A DNA stretch of 64,000 bases from an uncultured Pseudomonadota bacterium (GTDB lineage Bacteria > Pseudomonadota > Gammaproteobacteria > Ga0077536): positions 35,036-99,035 of the forward strand of contig CAIKBL010000027.1 in the NCBI GenBank assembly GCA_903825645.1, given 5' to 3'. This document shows, piece by piece, positions 31,415-40,726 of this stretch. The notes beneath the pieces are model-generated. The model had not been told where the DNA came from. It saw only the letters and a list, made by a program, of their open reading frames with translations, and searched no databases. A program made the translations under genes and the position numbers. Within the stretch, counting starts at the first letter, position 1, and the number at the start of each line of letters is the position of its first letter.

Positions 31415-32050
31415 CTACGGCGCATGGTCTGGCCGCGAGTTTTCCAGCAAGGCCTCGATTAACGGCAGTCGCTCCGATCCCCAGAATAGCTGGTCATTAA
31501 CTCGCCAGGTAGGGACACCAAATACACCCGCGGATTCAGCCTCCCGTTGCAGCGTTTCCAATAGACTAGTGCCCCGGCCACTGACGAAATCGTCGAAACC
31601 ATCCGCACAGACGCCGGTTTCTTGGAGGACTCGCCGGATGACGGCCTGATCTTCGATATCAAGGGCGCGCTCCCAAAATCGCGCAAATACCGTCGCGTGA
31701 TAAGCTTGAAAATGATGGGCCTCGCATGCGTACAGGAAACCGAGATGCGCGAGCGATGTGTTCCAGATTTTCTGTGGTCCTCGAATCGTCAGACCTCGTC
31801 GGTTGGCTTCCCGTCGGCAATCAATGTAGCTGTAGCGAACCCGCCGCCACTGGTGGGCATTCCGAGTGCCAACCATATCCCTGCCTTCCGCATTGAGTTG
31901 GGCGTTTCCCAGATAGCTCGGTATATCCAGCGTGTAGGGTATCCGTAAGATGGGAAGGCCATAGCGCTGTTCCAGGCTATCGGTCGCCGCCTGTGCGAGA
32001 TAGGCATACGGACTTTTGTAATCGAAATAATGGATAAGGCTGATCGACAT
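31415..32050 (-). CDS. DsbA-like thioredoxin-fold protein (2-hydroxychromene-2-carboxylate isomerase family)
   Basis: 211 aa with N-terminal ...IHYFDYKSPYAYLA and C-terminal GVFGVPTW, which are typical of the HCCA isomerase / DsbA_FrnE clade. Confidence 0.55.
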   Translation of the reverse strand: MSISLIHYFDYKSPYAYLAQAATDSLEQRYGLPILRIPYTLDIPSYLGNAQLNAEGRDMVGTRNAHQWRRVRYSYIDCRREANRRGLTIRGPQKIWNTSLAHLGFLYACEAHHFQAYHATVFARFWERALDIEDQAVIRRVLQETGVCADGFDDFVSGRGTSLLETLQREAESAGVFGVPTWRVNDQLFWGSERLPLIEALLENSRPDHAP

Positions 32051-32275
32051 AAGAAGATCCTGACAAACGCGTGGTAGCAGCGTAAGCGTTCAACCCGAAG
32101 GACGCCAATGGGCAGGTCCCTCACCTGCGCTGAGGACTTCATAAGGATTTGCACTAAAGGCGGTATTATGGATAACGGGTGCTGTCTACCCGCCGCGGCA
32201 AACCTAAGCTAGGAAATTTGTGATGTCGGACCAACCGGACGCGTTTTTGTACGGCAGCGCGCGTGGTGCGCTCGT

Positions 32276-33583
32276 ATGACCACGGACCCTCTCAGACCTG
32301 CGCCGCGGGGAGCGGTGCGCTGGATGGCCGACCACGCCGGCGTGGGGCTTATGTTGGCGATGCTGTTTTTCTTCAGCAGCAAATCCCTGTCCAATGTGCC
32401 GGCCGGCGTCATGGCCATCGTGGGTTTCCTGCGATTTCTGTCCGCACCCCGCGCGGCGCTGGCTTCTCCTCTGGTTCGAGTCCTGCTGGTGTTGTTTGGT
32501 TGCTTGTGGCTACCCATGCTGCTCGCGCTAACTGTCGCCGTAAATCCCGCCCGGGCCGCGGAGGCGACGTGGCCCTATCTGCGTTTTCTGGGCATGGGGT
32601 TCTTCGTTATTTGGGAAAGTCGGCGCGAAGGCTTCTGGCCGAAGCTTAATCTAGGCGCTTGCTTCATCATCGCCTTCTGGTGTCTCGACGCGCTCCTTCA
32701 GTATTTTCTGGGTCGGGATTTGTTTGGCTATCCGGCAATCTACGGCTCGGTGTACGGAGTGTTCTATCCGAATATTACTTTGGGTGACGTGGCGGCAGCG
32801 CTTTCGCCCATTTACTTTCATGCGCTTTATTCGCTCGCTAAGCGCTGGGCGGGTTGGTGGATACTGTTAGTCCCGCTGGTGATGGCGGTAGTGTTGAGTG
32901 GTAGGCGAGCTGCTTGGATCATGCTGTTGGTCAGCATAGTGGGGTACGTGGGGTATTTGTTTTGGATCAGTCCACAGAAGCGCGTGCTGGTCCGCAGAAT
33001 GATGGTGCCTGTCGTACTGGTGCTGCTCACGATGGTGCTTACGGTGACGACGAGCCCTTTCTTAAAAAATCGACTTGCCGTGACCTCTGGTCTTTTTAGC
33101 AACAACTATTCCACCATCAATGCTGCCACCGCCTCCCGACTGCCGCTTTGGACGACCGCCGTTAATATCATTTGTACCCATTGGCTGAGAGGGATCGGAC
33201 CGCGGGGTTATCGGTATGTTTATACCCAATACAGCCGGTCTGACGATCCCTTCCATGTGGAGGGATCTACTCACCCGCATCAACTGGTGCTCGAAGTCTT
33301 GGTTGAAACCGGGGTCATCGGTATCGCGGGCCTCTTGCTATTCGTTCTGGTGGGCTATCATTTTTTACAACAATACCACTTGGGAGCAGCCCTCTTTCCT
33401 TGGTGTCTGGCGGTGATCGCAGCAACTTTTCCGCTTAATACCCATATGGCATTTTATGGCTCTTACTGGTCGTCTCTCCTCTGGTGGCAGCTTTTGCTGA
33501 TCTTCATCGGCGCCGCGACGGAAATGAGAAATACAGCAAAGCTCGAGGGCCGCTCGCCCGGGAACAACGTCATCGCGTGGTGA
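32276..33583 (+). CDS. O-antigen ligase family protein (WaaL-like, Wzy_C domain)
   Basis: 435-aa polytopic membrane protein with the ligase loop motif ...HPHQLVLEVLVETGVIGIAGL. Confidence 0.65.
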   Translation: MTTDPLRPAPRGAVRWMADHAGVGLMLAMLFFFSSKSLSNVPAGVMAIVGFLRFLSAPRAALASPLVRVLLVLFGCLWLPMLLALTVAVNPARAAEATWPYLRFLGMGFFVIWESRREGFWPKLNLGACFIIAFWCLDALLQYFLGRDLFGYPAIYGSVYGVFYPNITLGDVAAALSPIYFHALYSLAKRWAGWWILLVPLVMAVVLSGRRAAWIMLLVSIVGYVGYLFWISPQKRVLVRRMMVPVVLVLLTMVLTVTTSPFLKNRLAVTSGLFSNNYSTINAATASRLPLWTTAVNIICTHWLRGIGPRGYRYVYTQYSRSDDPFHVEGSTHPHQLVLEVLVETGVIGIAGLLLFVLVGYHFLQQYHLGAALFPWCLAVIAATFPLNTHMAFYGSYWSSLLWWQLLLIFIGAATEMRNTAKLEGRSPGNNVIAW

Positions 33584-33589
33584 CCGAGT

Positions 33590-34552
33590 GTGAAGATACT
33601 CGCCATAAAACTTGGGGCTCTCGGTGATGTCATCATGGCGACGGCTGTCCTGCGCCAGCTTTGCGCCGATTATCGCCACGCAGAAATCTGGCTGTTGACC
33701 GTACCGGCATTTGCGCCGCTTTTTGTAGGGTGGCCGCAACTTCATGTGCATGCGGTTCCGCGACACGGTCTGCGGAATACCTGGCGGACGTTGCGTTGGA
33801 TCCGCCAGCAGCGCTTCGACCGGGTCTATGATCTGCAATCCAACGATCGCACCCGCTGGTGGTGCCTCTTTTCAGGTGTGCCGGTGCGCATTGGTAATCA
33901 CCCCTATTTCCCCTATACGATCCATCCACCGGCTCCTTATGTGGGACAATGCCACGCCTTCGCGCGCCTGAATGACATTCTCGAAAGCGCTGGACACCAG
34001 GCGGCCCCAGCGACGCCTTTTTTGCCCCCGAATAAGCATGAACAAACGCAAGTACGGGAATGGATGCGGGCACAGGATCTCGTCGAGCGCAACTTTGTTC
34101 TGCTGCATGCAGGCGCCAGCGTAAAACACCCAGCCAAGCGCTGGCCGTATTATGCTGAGCTGGCTGCAGCGCTAAAGTCGCGAGGACTGCAGATCGTGTG
34201 GATCGGCGGGGAAGACGACGCGACCCTCAACCGGGCGTTGTCAGGGGCAGTCGGGATTGATGCGACAGGCCGATTTACGGTAGCCGAATTGGCTGAGCTT
34301 GGGCGACATGCCCGCTTTGCGGTCACGAATGATTCAGCGCCGATGCATATCCTGTCTTGTTCAGGGATCCCTATTTTCGGGTTATTCGGGCCGACTGATT
34401 GGCGTCGCACGCATGCCTTGGGTCAGGGCGCGTATATCATCAGCCTTGACCGGGCGGCAACTCGGTCGCAGTGTAATTCGGAAGACCAAAGACTCGACCT
34501 AATTCCCGCCTCTCGGGTTCTGCAGCGCCTAATCGAGGAGAAAGTGTGCTGA
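33590..34552 (+). CDS. Glycosyltransferase family 9 heptosyltransferase
   Basis: N-terminus MKILAIKLGALGDVIMATAVLRQL and C-terminal NDSAPMH, diagnostic of the GT9 family. Confidence 0.75.
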   Translation: MKILAIKLGALGDVIMATAVLRQLCADYRHAEIWLLTVPAFAPLFVGWPQLHVHAVPRHGLRNTWRTLRWIRQQRFDRVYDLQSNDRTRWWCLFSGVPVRIGNHPYFPYTIHPPAPYVGQCHAFARLNDILESAGHQAAPATPFLPPNKHEQTQVREWMRAQDLVERNFVLLHAGASVKHPAKRWPYYAELAAALKSRGLQIVWIGGEDDATLNRALSGAVGIDATGRFTVAELAELGRHARFAVTNDSAPMHILSCSGIPIFGLFGPTDWRRTHALGQGAYIISLDRAATRSQCNSEDQRLDLIPASRVLQRLIEEKVC

Positions 34553-34556
34553 AAAT

Positions 34557-35681
34557 ATGATTGTGATCACTACCCAGTGTTTCCCGCCGCGGATGGGCGG
34601 AATAGAAAATCTGGTGCATGCGCTTGCGAGCGCGCTCGCTGCCAAAGGCTTCGCCGTCGAAGTCTTCGCCGACGGGCATGGTGGTGCTGAAGAGAAAGCG
34701 TTCGATCTTGCACAACCCTATCCGATTTGGCGGGTCAGAGGTTTCAAGCCCTGGCGGCGCTGGTGGAAGGCGAGGCGATTGTCTCAACTGATCGAAACCC
34801 GCCAATGCACGAACGTTATCGCCGATTCCTGGAAAAGTCTCGAACATCTCGAGGTGGTTCGCCATATACCGGTTGTATGCCTCGCGCACGGAAGCGAGCT
34901 CCCACGCCAAGGCATCGACCGTAAGGCTCGGCGTATCGCTGCGGCCTATGCCAAGGTCACGGCAGTCGTCGCGAATTCCCGGAATACCTTATTGCGGGTT
35001 ATTCGTTTTTTCCCGGATTCAACCCGGCTTCATGTGATCTATCCGGGGGTCGCGCGCCCACCGCCCGTTTCCCCTGTGCTCTCGGCGCAGATTACCACCG
35101 AGCTTGCCGGTTTCGCGCCGAAGATGATCAGCGTTGCGCGGCTCGAGCCGCGCAAAGGTATCGATAGTGTCTTGCGCGTGCTGCCCCGGTTGGTCCAGCG
35201 TTATCCGCAGCTTCTTTACCTGATTGTCGGCGACGGATCGCAACGCACGGCCCTTGAGGAGATGGTGACGACGGCGGGAATGCAGGCTCACGTACGCTTC
35301 ATTTCCGCCGCGAGTGACGCCCTCCGCGATGGCTATTTGGCCGCCAGCGACTTGTTTGTCCTGCCGGGAAGACGCGTCGGCGATGACGTAGAAGGTTTCG
35401 GTATGGCGTTCGTCGAGGCTGCTTGGTTTGCGCTGCCCGCGCTTTGCGGTAGCGCAGGGGGCGCGGCGGAAGCGGTGGTGCATGAGCAAACGGGCCTGGT
35501 GTGTGAAGGAGACGACGATGAATCCGTCTACACCGCCATCGACGAGTTGCTGAGAGATGACGCGCGCCGACAAGCGTTCGGGGCGCAGGCGCGTCTACGC
35601 GCAGAAGATTTTTTGTGGGAACGGATATTAGGAAAATATTTGGTGTTGTTAAAGAAAAACATCGAGGATGGCGCGGGCTGA
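34557..35681 (+). CDS. Glycosyltransferase family 4 (WaaG-like LPS core glycosyltransferase)
   Basis: GT-B fold with the EX7E-type motif ...EGFGMAFVEAAWFALPAL. Confidence 0.75.
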   Translation: MIVITTQCFPPRMGGIENLVHALASALAAKGFAVEVFADGHGGAEEKAFDLAQPYPIWRVRGFKPWRRWWKARRLSQLIETRQCTNVIADSWKSLEHLEVVRHIPVVCLAHGSELPRQGIDRKARRIAAAYAKVTAVVANSRNTLLRVIRFFPDSTRLHVIYPGVARPPPVSPVLSAQITTELAGFAPKMISVARLEPRKGIDSVLRVLPRLVQRYPQLLYLIVGDGSQRTALEEMVTTAGMQAHVRFISAASDALRDGYLAASDLFVLPGRRVGDDVEGFGMAFVEAAWFALPALCGSAGGAAEAVVHEQTGLVCEGDDDESVYTAIDELLRDDARRQAFGAQARLRAEDFLWERILGKYLVLLKKNIEDGAG

Positions 35682-35693
35682 TCCGACGCTTCC

Positions 35694-37685
35694 CTAATGA
35701 GGCACCTCCTGCTGACGACCGAAGGCTGCCGACAACAGCGGTCGAAGCAAGCGACTACCGGAGTCACTCAGGTGGTTGTCGTCAAGATACAAGGGCCGGC
35801 CGTCGCGAATACCGGCGCAGCGTCCGTCTCGACACAGTACAGGCGTCGGATCGAGGATGCGAACGCCACACATTGTGGCAGCTTGGCTGAAGGCCTGATC
35901 CGGAATAAGGTTTCTTTGTTCATGGGCAGCCTGTGATACCGTCACGCTGATTTCCTGATGATGAACGAGACGCGCTTTGGCTAAGGTGTCTGGAACGTTT
36001 TTAATCATCTCCGGTACCGTTTTCAGAACATAGACGTTTTTACCCTCTTTATGCAGTGCGCATAGCGTCTTCACGATATTGTCGCCGTAGGCGCGGGCGC
36101 GCTGCGGGAGGTTTTTTTCTGAGGCAACTGCGTCCTCGTCGAACACCAGATACGGTGGTGGTTGATGGGCACCGGCTTTCTCGTTGTAGCCGAGGATCCA
36201 GGCAGGCCAGCGACTGATGAGGAGTACATCCTTCACGTGGACATTCCTTATCACGTGTTCGTAATTCGCCTGGTTCACGAGCTTGCACGCCAAGCTTTTC
36301 GACTTGTGCGTGAAAATACCCCCGAGAATCGGTGGACAACTGTTCGAGCCATAGAAAATACCCGCACGGTGCGCCGCACGGAGGGTGTCATCCATCGCCG
36401 TGAACAGGGCACCCGCGTGCGAGTCTCCCCATACCGCGACTGACGGCACGACCTGTACATCACCGAGGAGGCATTCCGGAAGCGCCCTGCCTTTTTTGTA
36501 ATTCGTCATACAAATTTTGAGGCGCGGATTGCTGTTGTCCGCCTCAAGGGCGGCAGCAGCGACCGCGTCGGGGACACGGGAAGGAAGGCCGTCGTGGGTA
36601 TCAAGATGATGTCCGGCAAGATAAAGCACGCCGCAAATGGTCAGTCCGGCACCGAGAAAAAAAGGCTCGGGCATTCGTTTTTTGCGGCGCCGGAAGGGGG
36701 TTTCGACCAGTCCATAGGAGGCCGTCGCGAGCACCACCGCACACACGAAAAGAAGTACGGTGCGCTGGGGTGTCACCGCAAGATCCATATACTCCGCCGC
36801 GCGCAGTACGGGCCAGTGCCACAGGTACAAGGAATAAGAGCGGGAGCCGAAGAACTGCACCAGGCCGCTGGACACCCAACGTGGATTTGTTTTCGCCGCG
36901 ATGATGAGCGCCGCGCCGAGTACCGGAATAACGGCTCGCCAGCCGGGGAACTCCATACCGTCGTCAAAGCCCGTGATGGCCACCGCGATCAGCCCGACGC
37001 CTATCGCGGCGACCCAAGCTTTATTTGTCAGTCGGTCACCCACCAAGAAGGCGAGTCCCCCAGCCATGAACTCCCAAATTCGGGTAGGCAGGATGAAAAA
37101 CGCGGCTGACGGGTCATAGGCGGTTCCCAATACGGAGACCAGCAGCGAGGGTACGAGGAGTGCAGAAAGCCCTGTCGTAAAAAAACGTCCCCCATGAAAC
37201 TTGCGTAGCCAAATCACGTAGAGAGGGTACAGAAGGTAAAACTGACCTTCGACTGCCAGTGACCAAGTATGGAGCAACCAGCTTTCGCGTATCGCAGGAT
37301 CGAAATAATCCCCCTTATGCGAAAAAAAAAGGTTGGCCGTGAAGGTGACGGTCGCCGCCGTGGCGCGACCCAGCCATTTGTAATCTGCGGGGGTCATCAG
37401 TCGATAACCGATGATCAGAAGCACTGCCACGAGGACAAGCAGAGCAGGCAGAATTCGGCGAACACGCGCGGCATAAAATCCGCGCAGTGATAACGTACCC
37501 GTGTCGAGTCCGGCGCACAGGATCTGCGTCATCAGGAAACCGGAGATCACAAAAAAAACGTCTACGCCAACGTAGCCGCCGGTGAAACCAAGCACGCCAA
37601 AGTGATAGAGAAGGACCGCCAGCACGGCCAGCGCACGCAGGCCGTTGATATCTGCCCTAAAGGGTGGGTGTGGCGGGTGATTCAT
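35694..37685 (-). CDS. Acyltransferase family 3 (OafA/YrhL-type O-acetyltransferase) with a C-terminal SGNH domain
   Basis: 663 aa. The N-terminal ten-transmembrane acyltransferase_3 region (INGLRALAVLAVLLYHF) is followed by a soluble SGNH-like domain. Confidence 0.75.
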   Translation of the reverse strand: MNHPPHPPFRADINGLRALAVLAVLLYHFGVLGFTGGYVGVDVFFVISGFLMTQILCAGLDTGTLSLRGFYAARVRRILPALLVLVAVLLIIGYRLMTPADYKWLGRATAATVTFTANLFFSHKGDYFDPAIRESWLLHTWSLAVEGQFYLLYPLYVIWLRKFHGGRFFTTGLSALLVPSLLVSVLGTAYDPSAAFFILPTRIWEFMAGGLAFLVGDRLTNKAWVAAIGVGLIAVAITGFDDGMEFPGWRAVIPVLGAALIIAAKTNPRWVSSGLVQFFGSRSYSLYLWHWPVLRAAEYMDLAVTPQRTVLLFVCAVVLATASYGLVETPFRRRKKRMPEPFFLGAGLTICGVLYLAGHHLDTHDGLPSRVPDAVAAAALEADNSNPRLKICMTNYKKGRALPECLLGDVQVVPSVAVWGDSHAGALFTAMDDTLRAAHRAGIFYGSNSCPPILGGIFTHKSKSLACKLVNQANYEHVIRNVHVKDVLLISRWPAWILGYNEKAGAHQPPPYLVFDEDAVASEKNLPQRARAYGDNIVKTLCALHKEGKNVYVLKTVPEMIKNVPDTLAKARLVHHQEISVTVSQAAHEQRNLIPDQAFSQAATMCGVRILDPTPVLCRDGRCAGIRDGRPLYLDDNHLSDSGSRLLRPLLSAAFGRQQEVPH

Positions 37686-37730
37686 GCTCGAATTTCCGTC
37701 GACGGCCGATCGCTGTGCGGGGTGTCTCGC

Positions 37731-38861
37731 CTAACGCCTTGACGCATCGCATAGCTGTGCATAGACCGCCAATGTTTCTGCCTGCATGCGCGCCAACGTG
37801 TAGGGGAGACCCCGGGGTACCGGGGGACAAGCGGTGAGTAGAGTAGTGGTTTGCTTTGCCGCGTCCGCTACGGACATTGGCGCGACAAGTCCGGCGGGGA
37901 AAACCGCGCGCAAGATCTCTCCCGTACCACCATGGTCATATCCGATGACGGGACGACCTAGGCTCAGGGCTTCAATGGTGGTGCGACCAAAGGCTTCGGG
38001 CTCGCGTGTCAGCGAGTAGACGATGTCGGCACAGGATAGGATTTCCCGCAAATCGCTCCTTTGACCGAGAAAAGAGACATGTTCGCTAAGCCCGTAGGTT
38101 TGCACCAGTAATTTGAGCTCCTGTTCAAATTCGCGTTTTCGGGGGTGGGGGCCGCCCACAATCAGGCCGTGTACGGGGAGACCTTGAGCCACGAGCAACC
38201 GCATCATTTCGATGAAATCCTGCTGTCCTTTCCAGCGGGTTAGCCGGGCCGGGAGGCACAGCACGCGCCGGTTGCGCAGTTCCGGATGTGCGGTCTGCCA
38301 TTCAGACATCCAGCTGTCGATGGGTCGATGACCCCAAGGATAGCGCGCTGGATCGACTCCGCGTGGAATGATCACGACGTGGTCCGATCGGGTGGTAGGC
38401 CACGCCCGAAAAATGTACTCGTGGATAAACGATGAAATCGCGATCACCCGGGTCCCCGACATCATGATGCGGCTGTAACGGTTGACCGTATACGGACCAT
38501 GCACCGTGGTCACCCACCGGGGTCGCTGTTCTGCGGGAATGGCCCGCAGCGCGAAGTATCCAATCCAGGCCGGCAGTCGTGAGCGGGCATGCACCACGTC
38601 CACTTTTTCCGCCCTTATCAAGGTGCGTAGACTTCGGATCAGGCGGAGCGTCGCGAGTCGTTTGCGACCGATGGCGAGCGTGAAGTGACGAGCACCAACG
38701 GCTTCTAGACGGGGCACCAGACGCCCGCCAGCTGACACGACCAAGGCACGATGGCCCGCTGCTACCAAGGCTTCGGCGATTTCGAGCGTGCCTTGTTCGA
38801 CGCCGCCGACTTCCATTTCCGGGAGTAGCTGCAAAACGGTAAGCGGACGGCCGCTCATCAC
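37731..38861 (-). CDS. Glycosyltransferase family 4
   Basis: 376-aa GT-B fold with N-terminus VLQLLPEMEVGGVEQGTLEIAEAL and a C-terminal nucleotide-sugar binding region. Confidence 0.7.
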   Translation of the reverse strand: MMSGRPLTVLQLLPEMEVGGVEQGTLEIAEALVAAGHRALVVSAGGRLVPRLEAVGARHFTLAIGRKRLATLRLIRSLRTLIRAEKVDVVHARSRLPAWIGYFALRAIPAEQRPRWVTTVHGPYTVNRYSRIMMSGTRVIAISSFIHEYIFRAWPTTRSDHVVIIPRGVDPARYPWGHRPIDSWMSEWQTAHPELRNRRVLCLPARLTRWKGQQDFIEMMRLLVAQGLPVHGLIVGGPHPRKREFEQELKLLVQTYGLSEHVSFLGQRSDLREILSCADIVYSLTREPEAFGRTTIEALSLGRPVIGYDHGGTGEILRAVFPAGLVAPMSVADAAKQTTTLLTACPPVPRGLPYTLARMQAETLAVYAQLCDASRR

Positions 38862-39769
38862 GAAGGCCAGCGCGCAAGAATCAAGTCAGCACAACGCGCC
38901 GCTTCATTCAGTGGGGGAATCAACGCATTTAGGGGCTCGCCCTGTTGCCAAGCCTGGTAGGCAGTTACTTGGCCGTGCTGGACCAGCGAGGCGGTTAATC
39001 GATTAATCCGGGCGTTTCGCCGGTCAGGTAGTTCGATTAGGCCAACGCCAAGCCCTGCGGTCAGGGCTTCGAAAATCATGGAAACGCTGTCTGTGGTGAC
39101 CCATGCTTGGTGTCCGCCGGCAAGTGCTTTGGTCAGCCAACCGGTGGGTGTCTCCAGGCAAGTGTGGAAGCTGACGTTGGGGGGTGTGGCCAGTTTGGCC
39201 AACGCCTCGCGGGTACTGGTTGGCGTGCGGCGGGAATCCGTGATCGTGCAGGGCCCTTCGGCCCGGGCGACGATGTTCGCCACTTGTGCCAAAATCATCG
39301 CGTCGTTCCACGCATAATGTCGGGACGGACCACCGACCAGAATTAGGGTGGTATGCGCAGGATCCCGGGGTCCCGGTTGGACGTCGTTGAGGACCCCGAA
39401 GGTCGGCTCCACGTGAAGTCCCTTGCGGGCGTCATCATGCTGCGGCACGAGACAAAGATCGAAAGCGGAGGTAGGCAACGCCGGCTTCATGCAGTAAATA
39501 GTCCGTCCGCCATGGCTTCTACGGGCCGCGATAAGCGGCCACTGGCAGGCACGCCCTGCGCCGACGAGGAAGGCCGGTGGTAGACCAGCGGCCGGCAAGG
39601 GCCACGAGGCGCACAGCCACTGCCACCAGGCAGCAGTGGCGTTGCCGACCGGAATTTTTCGCACGTTGAGGATCCGGTGTTTGCCCAACGCGGCAATTAA
39701 CCCCGCCGTTTGACGCTCGTGCCCGGCTTTGCCATCGCAAAAGCGCCATATCTCCATGGGCGTATTCAC
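38858..39769 (-). CDS. ELM1/DUF1022-family putative nucleotide-sugar glycosyltransferase
   Basis: 303 aa. The size, Rossmann-like pattern and position in the LPS cluster are consistent with the bacterial ELM1-like family, but the assignment is tentative. Confidence 0.4.
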   Translation of the reverse strand: MNTPMEIWRFCDGKAGHERQTAGLIAALGKHRILNVRKIPVGNATAAWWQWLCASWPLPAAGLPPAFLVGAGRACQWPLIAARRSHGGRTIYCMKPALPTSAFDLCLVPQHDDARKGLHVEPTFGVLNDVQPGPRDPAHTTLILVGGPSRHYAWNDAMILAQVANIVARAEGPCTITDSRRTPTSTREALAKLATPPNVSFHTCLETPTGWLTKALAGGHQAWVTTDSVSMIFEALTAGLGVGLIELPDRRNARINRLTASLVQHGQVTAYQAWQQGEPLNALIPPLNEAARCADLILARWPS

Positions 39770-39784
39770 ATGGTGCAGATCAAC

Positions 39785-40708
39785 TCACTGACAAAGGGTG
39801 AGCCAACCGTCAGGGCAGGCCCGTTTCCCCTGCACGGTATCGAGGTAGGCCCGTTGCAGGCGCAAGGTGATTGGGCCCGGGCGTCCGCTACCGATAGCAC
39901 GGTTATCGAGTTCGCGAATGGGCGTCACTTCCGCCGCCGTTCCGGTGAAAAACGCCTCGTCCGCGATATAGAATTCATCGCGGGTGATACGTTTTTCGAC
40001 GACCTGAAAGCCCTCTTCACGAGCGAGCTGCATGATGGTGTCGCGTGTAATACCTTCCAGCGCACAGACCGGATCAGGGGTGAACAGGATCCCGTTGCGC
40101 ACGATGAAAATATTCTCTCCGCTGCCTTCTGCGACCATTCCTTCATGATCGAGCAAGAGGGCTTCGTCATAACCATCCTGGGAGACTTCCTGAAGGGCCA
40201 TGATCGAGTTCAAGTAATTACCGGTAGCCTTGGCTTTCGATAGCACACTGTTGACATGATTGCGGGTAAACGACGAAGTTTTGATCCGGATCCCTTTCTC
40301 AAGCGCATCGCCACCGAGATAGGCGCCCCAAAACCAAGCCGCGATTGCAACGTGTACAGAAAGATTGGCGGCGTGTAACCCCATCCCTTCGGATCCATAG
40401 TAGGCAATTGGCCGCAGATAAGCAGACTCAAGTTTGTTCAGTCGCACGCAGTCCAGGCAGCCCTGACGGACGGCATCCCGCTCAAAGGGCATTTTCATGC
40501 CAAGGATATGGGCGGTGTCAAACAACCGACGAACATGTTCGTCCAGCCGAAAAATAGCGGTACCACGCGGGGTGTTATAGGCCCGCACGCCCTCAAAAGC
40601 GCCGACCGCATAATGTAAAGAATGCGTCAGCACATGCGTATTGGCACTACGCCAGTCGACCATGGCGCCATCCATCCAGATAACGCCGTCACGATCGGCG
40701 TAACTCAT
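39785..40708 (-). CDS. ilvE: Branched-chain amino acid aminotransferase
   Basis: 307-aa PLP fold-type IV enzyme with N-terminus GVIWMDGAMVDW and EGVRAY, as in IlvE. Confidence 0.85.
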   Translation of the reverse strand: MSYADRDGVIWMDGAMVDWRSANTHVLTHSLHYAVGAFEGVRAYNTPRGTAIFRLDEHVRRLFDTAHILGMKMPFERDAVRQGCLDCVRLNKLESAYLRPIAYYGSEGMGLHAANLSVHVAIAAWFWGAYLGGDALEKGIRIKTSSFTRNHVNSVLSKAKATGNYLNSIMALQEVSQDGYDEALLLDHEGMVAEGSGENIFIVRNGILFTPDPVCALEGITRDTIMQLAREEGFQVVEKRITRDEFYIADEAFFTGTAAEVTPIRELDNRAIGSGRPGPITLRLQRAYLDTVQGKRACPDGWLTLCQ

Positions 40709-40726
40709 AATCGTCTCCTTAAAACG

